DNA of 64,000 bases from a virus: positions 5,284-69,283 of IMG/VR virus record IMGVR_UViG_3300006802_000094. One strand, given 5' to 3'. The number at the start of each line of letters is the position of its first letter. The first letter of the stretch is position 1. Made by a program: the position numbers and the translations under genes. Positions 40,074 through 48,361 of the stretch are shown one piece after another. A model generated the notes under the pieces. It saw only the letters and a program-made list of their open reading frames with translations, was not told the origin of the DNA and searched no databases.

Positions 40074-40487
40074 TTATTGTACTAGATTTAGAACAACTGC
40101 ACTAGTGGTGACTGTGATAGCTCCTAATAAAAAATGTAGGGCTGGTTTTTTATACCATTTTGGTCTTAACTCTTTATTTAAATCCACATAAAGATTTACC
40201 CTATCATTTAATAAATTAACATTTTGATTAAGGAAAGTTATATGTAAACTATCCTGTTCTTGTAATAATTTATAATTATTTATTTGAGATTCTAGTAATT
40301 CTATTTTTTGATTTTGTATTTTAATTGTTTGTTCTTGGAATTGCATTATTGAATCCAACTGAATTACTTCTTCTTCTGTAAAAGTGAAAAGACTATCTGT
40401 AGTTTCCTGTGCTTTTACACTAAAACTACAGATTGTTAAAAATATTATAAAAATAATTTTGTTAAAAAATAAATTTGTATTTATCAT
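40074..40487 (-). CDS. signal peptide, coiled coil and C-terminal TM protein (spanin-like candidate)
   Basis: IIFIIFLTICSFSVKA|QE signal, coiled coil, KWYKKP then hydrophobic tail. Confidence 0.6.
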   Translation of the reverse strand: MINTNLFFNKIIFIIFLTICSFSVKAQETTDSLFTFTEEEVIQLDSIMQFQEQTIKIQNQKIELLESQINNYKLLQEQDSLHITFLNQNVNLLNDRVNLYVDLNKELRPKWYKKPALHFLLGAITVTTSAVVLNLVQ

Positions 40488-40798
40488 TTACCTAATCTTT
40501 TTTTAATGTCTTTAGTTGCTTCACTCCCACTTTTCTTTTTTACTTTTGGGTTTTCCCTAGAAACATTTTTTAATTTTTCTTTTGTTGAATCAATTTCTTT
40601 TTTTATATTTTCCTTTTTCTTTACTGTTTCTTCTATTTCTTTCTCTACTTCTTTAGTTTCGTTTTCGTTGTCTTTGATTTGTTTTTTTATTTTTTTGATG
40701 TCAAGATTAGATGTAGAATTTAATACCCAAAATAAACCAAGTAAAAAACCAATAGCCCCTAATATAAATTTCCAAGTTTTTTTTAAAAAAGTTATCAT
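40484..40798 (-). CDS. N-terminal TM plus coiled-coil protein (i-spanin-like candidate)
   Basis: MITFLKKTWKFILGAIGFLLGLFWVL then K/E-rich coil; likely start 40798. Confidence 0.6.
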   Translation of the reverse strand: MITFLKKTWKFILGAIGFLLGLFWVLNSTSNLDIKKIKKQIKDNENETKEVEKEIEETVKKKENIKKEIDSTKEKLKNVSRENPKVKKKSGSEATKDIKKRLGK

Positions 40799-40799
40799 A

Positions 40800-41423
40800 T
40801 TATTCAACTCCACTGTCCATTTCCACTTCATTGGAAAGGTTATCACCACCCAAACCTTCTCCAGTTTCTATATTGGTAGTTCTTCTATCTGATAATATTT
40901 TTGCCCATTTAGACTGAAAGGTTGCATAGTAATCTTTCACATCTTTTAATACCTCCATGAATTTATCATTAACTTTAATCATATTAGCATTACCTATGTA
41001 AGTACCCTCGACCTCAGCTATTGAATAATAAAACCTAACATCAAATTGTAATAAATCACCAGACCATTCCACATTTTCTTTATAAATGTTAAGTGGATGA
41101 TATTGTGCCATATCACTAACTTCCTCATTAAATTGTTCCATAGTTTCTTGAAAAGCTGATTTTTCTTCTTCTGTTAACACTAAATCTTTTTCTGTAGCAC
41201 CGTGAACAATTATTTTACCACCACTTACTGAATATTCTTTAGTTAATTCTTCTTCAACAGTTTTACGTTTAAATTCATCTGTCTCATCATCTTCAACTTC
41301 TATTTCATTTTCAACCTGTTCATTTAATGAACGAACAATATTTAACATGTTTTTCATGTCATCATATTTGTTATCTATAAATTGTTTATTTACAGTTTTT
41401 CTATTATAAATTGTTTTATTCAT
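40800..41423 (-). CDS. hypothetical protein, putative virion protein
   Basis: MKNMLNIVRSLNEQ motif. Confidence 0.7.
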   Translation of the reverse strand: MNKTIYNRKTVNKQFIDNKYDDMKNMLNIVRSLNEQVENEIEVEDDETDEFKRKTVEEELTKEYSVSGGKIIVHGATEKDLVLTEEEKSAFQETMEQFNEEVSDMAQYHPLNIYKENVEWSGDLLQFDVRFYYSIAEVEGTYIGNANMIKVNDKFMEVLKDVKDYYATFQSKWAKILSDRRTTNIETGEGLGGDNLSNEVEMDSGVE

Positions 41424-42012
41424 CTATATATGTTTTTAACTTTTCAAAATCAAATGAAGGACTAATGTCTGTCCAATATTCACTATAATTACTTCTAGCT
41501 GTTATACCAGAAAAACTAACTACACCGTCAATTTTAACATTATGTCCAACCATTTTAAGAGGTATATTATGTTTAGAACACAATTCTACTATTAATTTTG
41601 CACATGTTCTTAACTGTTTATCTGGATAAATAGACCAAAAGCTCTTATCTCTCCATCTTTTTTGATATACTTCTCCTTTATAAATATCACCAATCCAATT
41701 GACGTACTTATTATTTAATGTATTATATTTTAACCAACCTAAATTTTCTAAACATATTATAATAGAATTCCTATCAATTTCTTTTATTCCAAAAAAATCT
41801 GAATGGTAATTAGAATTAAAATTTTCAATTATTTTCCCATCTTTAGATATAGTATACGTAGGTATTTTATTATATTCACCATCTAATCTATATTTAAGAC
41901 TATTATTAAAATACATTAATGGTCTAGATGTGTGACATAATATAATTTGAGTTTTATTATGTTTATCATCATAATGAAATAAGTTTTTTTTATTTTTTAT
42001 CTTCGTCTCCAA
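41416..42012 (-). CDS. N-acetylmuramoyl-L-alanine amidase (Amidase_2-like endolysin)
   Basis: IILCHT, YTI..DGKI, SIIICLEN, Q...CAKL..L...HNIP...GH, DISP. Confidence 0.7.
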   Translation of the reverse strand: METKIKNKKNLFHYDDKHNKTQIILCHTSRPLMYFNNSLKYRLDGEYNKIPTYTISKDGKIIENFNSNYHSDFFGIKEIDRNSIIICLENLGWLKYNTLNNKYVNWIGDIYKGEVYQKRWRDKSFWSIYPDKQLRTCAKLIVELCSKHNIPLKMVGHNVKIDGVVSFSGITARSNYSEYWTDISPSFDFEKLKTYIDE

Positions 42013-43117
42013 CTCTTTTACTATATTTTAATACTTTTTTAGGTTCATCAACTACTTTATTTGCATATAAATCTAAGGTTTCTTCTAATTTTTTCAAGTC
42101 TTCTTCAGTTGGTTTTATAGGTTGTGATAATTTTTCTTCTTTCCCAACTATTGTACTCAATTCTTTAATTACCTCTTCATCTATATAAGGTGGTGTAAAA
42201 TCCAAATTTGTAGATTCATCTTTATCTATTTTATCTTCTTCAGATAATTTATGAACCATTTTCGTAAGTTTTTTTTCATTTGGTTCGTCATTTAAACTAT
42301 CTTCTGATTTAGTTTTTTTAATTAATTGTGAGAATGCAAAATTTGCAGCAATAACCATAGCTATCGCAAGTGGGTCAAAAACAAAAATAATAAGTAATAA
42401 AAACCAATTAACTACTTTACTCATGGGATATCCACTTACTTCTGAAAGGTATTTTAAAGGACCCAACTCTCTTTGGTCTTCATTAGATATTTCTAAATTT
42501 AATATCTCTTGGTCAAGTTTAAGTAAAGTATCTTGTATTGACCCTAATTTATCATTTAATTTATCTCTATCTATAATGGCTTTCTCCAACTCTTTTTCTA
42601 ATGTTTTTCTAGTTGAAGAAGAAGTGGTGGTAATTAATTGTCCAGAATTTTTATCTATATATTGAACTTGAGCTGGATTAGAAAGTGAAGACCTTAAATC
42701 AGAAATTGATGTGTTCAATTGTTCTTTTTCAATACTTAAATCTGTTTTTTCTTCTTCAAATCTAGTTTGTTTCAATTCTATTACTTTAAGTCCCTTATCT
42801 AATAATTCTGATTTAGTTGCAGTTTCTTGATAAGCACCAGATAAAAATCCGTATATCCCACCACTAGTGATAAGAATTAATACGAATACAGCTAATGACA
42901 AATATAAACGTAACCATTTGTTGATTGTTGACCAGTATTGGTATAATAGTGACGCTACTACTAATTTAGCAAACTCTAAAGAAGTAGCCATAACCATCAC
43001 TTGATAACTAGCTCCAGCAAATAATTTACTTAATCCAAAGACTGAATAAAATGCAGCTGAAGCTGAAACACTAAGAGCTGAAAGTGCTATTAAAAATGGA
43101 AATATTCTTTTTTTCAT
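41990..43117 (-). CDS. multi-TM coiled-coil membrane protein
   Basis: AAFYSVFGLSKLFAGA, SLEFAKLV, ITSGGIYGFLS, ELGPLKYL, IIFVFDPLA. Confidence 0.75.
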   Translation of the reverse strand: MKKRIFPFLIALSALSVSASAAFYSVFGLSKLFAGASYQVMVMATSLEFAKLVVASLLYQYWSTINKWLRLYLSLAVFVLILITSGGIYGFLSGAYQETATKSELLDKGLKVIELKQTRFEEEKTDLSIEKEQLNTSISDLRSSLSNPAQVQYIDKNSGQLITTTSSSTRKTLEKELEKAIIDRDKLNDKLGSIQDTLLKLDQEILNLEISNEDQRELGPLKYLSEVSGYPMSKVVNWFLLLIIFVFDPLAIAMVIAANFAFSQLIKKTKSEDSLNDEPNEKKLTKMVHKLSEEDKIDKDESTNLDFTPPYIDEEVIKELSTIVGKEEKLSQPIKPTEEDLKKLEETLDLYANKVVDEPKKVLKYSKRVGDEDKK

Positions 43118-43147
43118 AATTCATACTTTATATCATATAAATATAAA

Positions 43148-43942
43148 TTACAAGATATAATCCAACAAACCACCACTTTCATTTCTTAATTTACGAAGTG
43201 CTTTTTCTTTAATTTGTCTAACTCTTTCTTTTGTTAAGTTAAAATCTTCACCAATGTCTGATAGAGTTCTTGGTGTACCACTTAATCCAAAATAATCAGC
43301 AATTATTGACATTTCTCTATCATCTAAAACATCCATTATTTTTTTAAGTTCAGTTTTTAACTGGTCTTCAGTGTTGAAAACTTCTTCTGGATTTTGAGCA
43401 TCGTCATTTTCAATCACAGTTAAAAGTGTGTCACCTTCGTCATTTATTGGACTGTCTATATTAGTAGTATATGGTAAGTTTTGTAACTTACTTTCCATAA
43501 CATATCCAACTTTCTCAGTCATTTTTTTAGCCTTTTGTACTTCTTGTACAATATTAGCTGGTAGACGAATTGTTCTAGCGTGTTCATTTAAACACTGAAA
43601 TATTGATTGTTTAACCCACCATACAGCGTAAGAAATAAATCTATTACCCTTACTCCAATCAAAATTTCTAATCGCTTTTAATAACCCATGATTACCTTCA
43701 GCAATTAAGTCTGGTAAATCAACTCCTTGATTTTGGTAGTCTCTAGCTACACTTATAACAAATCTTAAGTTACCTAACATAAGTTCTTTTTCTATTTGTT
43801 CTTTTTGTTCGTTAGTTGGGTTATTTAACATTATCTCAGATAACATTTTTTCTCTGTTAACTGTCAAAACGTCAATTTTTCTAACATCTTTCAAGTAATG
43901 AGAAATTTCATCCTGATTAATATAAGGTCCTGTTTTTTTCAT
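43148..43942 (-). CDS. RpoD/SigA-like RNA polymerase sigma factor
   Basis: YLKDV, NLRFVISVA, DLIAEGN.GL, RFISYAVWW, RTIRLP, LTKERVRQIKEKALRKLR. Confidence 0.95.
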   Translation of the reverse strand: MKKTGPYINQDEISHYLKDVRKIDVLTVNREKMLSEIMLNNPTNEQKEQIEKELMLGNLRFVISVARDYQNQGVDLPDLIAEGNHGLLKAIRNFDWSKGNRFISYAVWWVKQSIFQCLNEHARTIRLPANIVQEVQKAKKMTEKVGYVMESKLQNLPYTTNIDSPINDEGDTLLTVIENDDAQNPEEVFNTEDQLKTELKKIMDVLDDREMSIIADYFGLSGTPRTLSDIGEDFNLTKERVRQIKEKALRKLRNESGGLLDYIL

Positions 43943-44013
43943 TTGTATATTTTAATAAAATTAATAATCAACTTGTATACCATTGTAATATCTATGACAA
44001 ATTGTCATAAAAA

Positions 44014-44604
44014 CTATCGTTTTTTACTTTGGTCATCTAAAAATTTTTTTTCTTCTTCCGTTATTGATTCAATACCTTTATCACTTATTTTATCTAGGAT
44101 ATCATCAACGTTATGCTCAATATTTTTTTTAGGATAATCTTCACTTAATAAAGAAAAATGTGGTTCTTCAAAAGGGTATTTTATATTTTCTGAGTTCAAT
44201 TCTTTATCAAAAAATGAAGATAATATTTCACCTATATTTTTAAAATTATCTGATGTGTTTTTATTTTTACTTGAATCTTTTTTATTTTTTGATTTTAAAT
44301 TCATTAGATGTTCTTTTAAAGTATCATCCAATTTAATTCTTAAATTTCTAGGTTTATTCATTAAAAAATAAGCGAAAATACTTTCATCTAAACTGCAATT
44401 TAAAATAAAATCTAACTCATCTAGTGTGTCAATACTCTGAAAATGACAAATCATTAAATTATCATGATGGATGTATCTTAATTTATCTCCACCTAATAAA
44501 ATAGTTAACGAATTTATTAGGTCAGTTATTGTAACTTCATTATTATCATTATCTGTAAATTCACCAACCATGAATAAAAGATAATTTTTTTTATTTTTAG
44601 TCAT
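44014..44604 (-). CDS. hypothetical protein with C-terminal DUF6576-like motif
   Basis: VDDILDKISDKGIESITEEEKKFL; likely start 44604; promoter TTTG-N20-TAAATTTG at 44626-44657. Confidence 0.65.
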   Translation of the reverse strand: MTKNKKNYLLFMVGEFTDNDNNEVTITDLINSLTILLGGDKLRYIHHDNLMICHFQSIDTLDELDFILNCSLDESIFAYFLMNKPRNLRIKLDDTLKEHLMNLKSKNKKDSSKNKNTSDNFKNIGEILSSFFDKELNSENIKYPFEEPHFSLLSEDYPKKNIEHNVDDILDKISDKGIESITEEEKKFLDDQSKKR

Positions 44605-44663
44605 ACCTATATCTATTTGATTTAACAAATTTAATGATATTTATTTAAAAAAACAAAAATAAA

Positions 44664-47132
44664 ATGAAAAAAAGAAGTAATTCTATAGAATATCAAAAAT
44701 CATTACACACATCACCTGGTGTACACCCAGATGCTAACCGTGATGATTCTAAAAAAGAATGGGCTATAGGTGTTAAAAAAAATAAATTTACTAAAGACAG
44801 AATTTTTCCTACCAACACCCCAACAACAGACCCATCAAAAGGTTTACCAAAAGAAGGTATTGGTAAGGGCATCTACAGAATAAAGGCTGATAATCCTTCA
44901 TTCGAAGGAAGTTATTGGTTTCATAGTGATAATTTTAATGATGATGAAACCAATAAAAGACCAATACACCCAGAACCCGATTATCTTAACCCAAATGATT
45001 TGCACACTGGTGATGATTATGTTGAAATTCATGGTGTTATTCACCCATCAGAAAGAATAGATTATAACATTAATAATAATACTGATAATGAGAATTATGA
45101 TGAATTTGGGAACCCCTATCTTGATAAGAAAAATGCTAGTCATTTAATAGGTATTTCTAATATATCAACCAACTTAAATGTACAAGAATCTAAAATATCA
45201 AAAAATAACGATATTTATACTATTAAAGAACAATATAAACATATTTATAAAGAAAACAAAAAAAATATGAAACCAAATGTAAAAGAACAAATAAACAGAA
45301 TCAATCAAATGATTATGTTTAAAGAAGGGATGTCATATAATGACGTTAAACTATTAACTGAAGAAAATATTGAAAGTGGTGACGGTGGTACTGTCACACT
45401 TGGTGCTGCTGGTGTTGCTGATGGTGGTGATATTGCAGCTGTTGATGGTGGTGATATTGCAGCTGTTAGTGTTGGTGATATTACAGCTAAAACTCTTGAT
45501 GGTGAAACTGTTAGAGCTACTGTTGATGGTGGAACAACTGAAATGGTTAGTGGTCCAATACCTGCAGAAAAAGGAGACACACTTTATACATTTACTGATA
45601 CAAAATTAGACGGAGACAGTGTTAATAATGTATACGATATGACTAAAGCACAATCGTTATCGTTAATGTATTCATCACAACCTCAATATGAAGGACAACA
45701 ACCTATGTATCAAGTGCCAACACAAGATGGTAGTATTCAGTATTCATCAGAACCTCAATTTGAAGGACAACAACCTATGTATCAAGTAATGACACAAGTT
45801 CCTGTTTATGACCCTAACCTAGATTATACTGAAGAAGTAAGACAAACAATTCAACAGTATTCATCAGAACCTCAATTTGAAGGACAACAACCTGTGTATC
45901 CAGTAACGAATGAGTTTGGTAAAATTCAGTATTATAGTGATACTCCTCAATTTGAAGGACAACAACCTGTGTATCCAGTAATGTCATATGAACCTCTTCC
46001 TGACCCTTTAGAACCACCTACTAATCCTTATGATGGTTTGACTCTTGACCAAGCAAATTCTCAGTTATCCGAAAAGAAACTTACTTTACAAAAATATGAA
46101 TCTGACGTTAAAAATTATGAAGAATTCTATGGGGTAGATTCAGAGGAAGTCAAGTCTACTAAATCTTTAATAAGTAAAGTGCAATCAGATATATCTTATT
46201 TAGAACAATTAATAGCTGAATTAGAAAAAGGAGACGGTGGTCCTGATGGTCCTGATGGTCCTGATGGTCCTGATGGTCCTGATGGTCCTGATGGTCCTGG
46301 TGGTGATGTTGTAAATTTAGAAGATGTAATAGATGACCCAATAACATTTAGTGTTGAAGAAGATGGTAAACCTGCAGCTATTTTCTTAGCAACACCTGAA
46401 CAAGAACTAGAATTATACACTGGAGATGATAGTTTTTATGAATTTAAAGGTGGTGATGAAGAATTGAGTGTCATTGCTTTTAACGATAAAGCTTCACCTG
46501 TACCTATTTTAGGAATTAATAGTAAATATCAAGATGTTTTTGAGAAGGTTTTAGCGAACTCTGATATAGATGATTATAGTAAAGTTTCTTTTGAGAATAA
46601 AGAGTCCGAAATTAGAGGTCAAAAAATTAAAGGAGATGGTTTAAAATATACACTATATAGTATTAGTAATATACAAAACTTAAACCCAGAAAGTATAAAT
46701 GGTATATTAAAAGGTATTAGTGATGGTAAAAAAGAAACTGCTAGAGTAACAAAATCATTTGTGAAAGGTGGTGCTAGTAAACGAGGTTCATATACCGCAC
46801 CTTCTTACGGACCAACTTCTCTTGGTGCTAATTCATTAGCCTTTGGTACTGCTAAATCTGCTTACAATCCTTTCGGTGGTTCAGAAACTGGTAAATTTTC
46901 CGCTGGTAAAACAGCTAACCTTTCTAGAGGAGTTAGAGGCCAATTAAAAGATATGAGTAAAGCTGAATTACTTAACGTTATTAATCAATTAAGTGATAAT
47001 CAAGAAAGTGATAATCAAGAAAAAGAAGAGTTAAATGAGTCTAGAAAATCAAACAAAAAAATGATTAGACTTACAGAAGCTGACTTGTACAAAATTGTAG
47101 ATAGAGTTATTCGTGAAAAAAAAAAGTTCTAA
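44664..47132 (+). CDS. large repeat-rich multi-domain putative virion protein
   Basis: DGGDIAAV, YSSEPQFEGQQPxYxV and GPD repeats; ATATTTAT at 44637-44644; C-terminal MIRLTEADLYKIVDRVIRE. Confidence 0.8.
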   Translation: MKKRSNSIEYQKSLHTSPGVHPDANRDDSKKEWAIGVKKNKFTKDRIFPTNTPTTDPSKGLPKEGIGKGIYRIKADNPSFEGSYWFHSDNFNDDETNKRPIHPEPDYLNPNDLHTGDDYVEIHGVIHPSERIDYNINNNTDNENYDEFGNPYLDKKNASHLIGISNISTNLNVQESKISKNNDIYTIKEQYKHIYKENKKNMKPNVKEQINRINQMIMFKEGMSYNDVKLLTEENIESGDGGTVTLGAAGVADGGDIAAVDGGDIAAVSVGDITAKTLDGETVRATVDGGTTEMVSGPIPAEKGDTLYTFTDTKLDGDSVNNVYDMTKAQSLSLMYSSQPQYEGQQPMYQVPTQDGSIQYSSEPQFEGQQPMYQVMTQVPVYDPNLDYTEEVRQTIQQYSSEPQFEGQQPVYPVTNEFGKIQYYSDTPQFEGQQPVYPVMSYEPLPDPLEPPTNPYDGLTLDQANSQLSEKKLTLQKYESDVKNYEEFYGVDSEEVKSTKSLISKVQSDISYLEQLIAELEKGDGGPDGPDGPDGPDGPDGPDGPGGDVVNLEDVIDDPITFSVEEDGKPAAIFLATPEQELELYTGDDSFYEFKGGDEELSVIAFNDKASPVPILGINSKYQDVFEKVLANSDIDDYSKVSFENKESEIRGQKIKGDGLKYTLYSISNIQNLNPESINGILKGISDGKKETARVTKSFVKGGASKRGSYTAPSYGPTSLGANSLAFGTAKSAYNPFGGSETGKFSAGKTANLSRGVRGQLKDMSKAELLNVINQLSDNQESDNQEKEELNESRKSNKKMIRLTEADLYKIVDRVIREKKKF
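45668..45985 (+). repeat. four intragenic copies of CCTCAAT(T/A)TGAAGGACAACAACCT(A/G)TGTATC
   Basis: PQ(F/Y)EGQQP(M/V)Y four times with variable spacers, in frame. Confidence 0.85.
46239..46298 (+). repeat. 9-nt tandem repeat GGTCCTGAT x6 (collagen-like GPD)
   Basis: Perfect tandem repeat. Confidence 0.95.
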
Positions 47133-47296
47133 AAGAATCTGACGGAAAAGGATGTGCTAATTCCAAACAAGGTTGTATTAGAAAAAGAAAAAATGGTTGG
47201 GTAATACTTAACAATAAGAAAGGTGGTGTATGGAGAGAATGTGATAGTCGTAATGACTGTGAAGAACAATTAAAAGCATTTCACGCTAATAAGTAA
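47117..47296 (+). CDS. start-less -1-frame extension of 44664..47132 (Cys-rich domain)
   Basis: KKKVLKESDGKGCANSKQGCIRKRKNGWVILNNKKGGVWRECDSRNDCEEQLKAFHANK*; opens after TGA at 47114-47116 inside an A10 run. Confidence 0.55.
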   Translation, partial: KKKVLKESDGKGCANSKQGCIRKRKNGWVILNNKKGGVWRECDSRNDCEEQLKAFHANK

Positions 47297-47351
47297 ATTA
47301 TAAATAACTTGAGTTTTTAATTTATTATTAGTAACATTTATATTAAAAAAA

Positions 47352-47714
47352 ATGATGAGTAAAATTAGAATAACAGAAAACGATATTAAAAGAGCCTTAA
47401 GTAAAATAATTTACGAACAAGAGGAAGATAATATGGTAAACGAATATCCTTTGGATGATTCAAGTTTTGAACTATCAGATAGTGAATACGAAGATATAAT
47501 GTCATATCGTGGACCATCTAGAGTTTTTAGAGGTTCAATATATTATGATAGTATTGTTCCCCAAACTGACGATAAAGAATATGATAGAAAATTAGCGATG
47601 GCTATTTTAGATTACGAAAGAAAAAAAATGAACAATAGAGAAACTTATGTTGGTGGTATTGGTTTTAAAAACCGTGGTAATCTAATTGAACCTTTCGACA
47701 ATATGGACTTCTAA
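47352..47714 (+). CDS. putative internal virion protein
   Basis: MSKIRITENDIKRALSKIIYEQ N-terminus. Confidence 0.7.
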   Translation: MMSKIRITENDIKRALSKIIYEQEEDNMVNEYPLDDSSFELSDSEYEDIMSYRGPSRVFRGSIYYDSIVPQTDDKEYDRKLAMAILDYERKKMNNRETYVGGIGFKNRGNLIEPFDNMDF

Positions 47715-47737
47715 CCAAACTAATTTAAAAATAAACT

Positions 47738-47762
47738 ACCCACCATTACGGTGGGTTTTTTT
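47738..47762 (+). terminator. intrinsic terminator
   Basis: CCCACC-ATTAC-GGTGGG-T7. Confidence 0.8.
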
Positions 47763-48321
47763 ATTTGCACTGAATGACATAATGAACTTCTCTACGAAAA
47801 CCATTATACTGTTCATTAAAATTACCATACAATACACCATCAACCAAAGCTAACGCATGTCCCTTAACAATTATGAAGTAACGACCAATAGGATGTTGTT
47901 CCATAAAAGACTTAACAGTATAACCAGTCTCTTTCTTATACTTAGGATTTACCAACTTATTACGTCTACCAAAGGCATATTTTGGGTGAAAACCCATTAA
48001 AGTCATTTTATACCCATTCTTCTGACGATTTAAGACGTTAGTCATATATAACCTAGTTAGGACACCTTTACCGTTAACTCTTTTGAATTTATCCGCAACG
48101 AACTTATGTGCTTTATCATAAGGAAGGTCTAATGCCATCATAAATGCTCTAACAACACAATCATTGGTCTCTCTCTTTGCAATCTCACTCTGAGACTCAG
48201 AGATAACATTTGAATCACCGAAGAACTGGTCTTTAATTTTTTTACGTGTGATAGTACGTCCATAAAAATTAATTTCAGTTGTAGTTTCGATGATGTTGTG
48301 TTTTTTTGCCATATCTTTCAT
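47761..48321 (-). CDS. hypothetical protein with possible Cys-His (papain-like) motif
   Basis: NDCVVRA...KGHALALVDG; promoter TTTG-N19-TATCTTTG at 48338-48368. Confidence 0.6.
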   Translation of the reverse strand: MKDMAKKHNIIETTTEINFYGRTITRKKIKDQFFGDSNVISESQSEIAKRETNDCVVRAFMMALDLPYDKAHKFVADKFKRVNGKGVLTRLYMTNVLNRQKNGYKMTLMGFHPKYAFGRRNKLVNPKYKKETGYTVKSFMEQHPIGRYFIIVKGHALALVDGVLYGNFNEQYNGFRREVHYVIQCK

Positions 48322-48361
48322 TTACTTTTCAGTAATACAAAGATAAGTAAAAACATAAATT

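Noticed and set aside
45668-45985. Spaced ~30-nt repeats resembling a CRISPR array
   Set aside because: In-frame peptide repeats inside a long ORF with irregular, partly homologous spacers; no cas genes.
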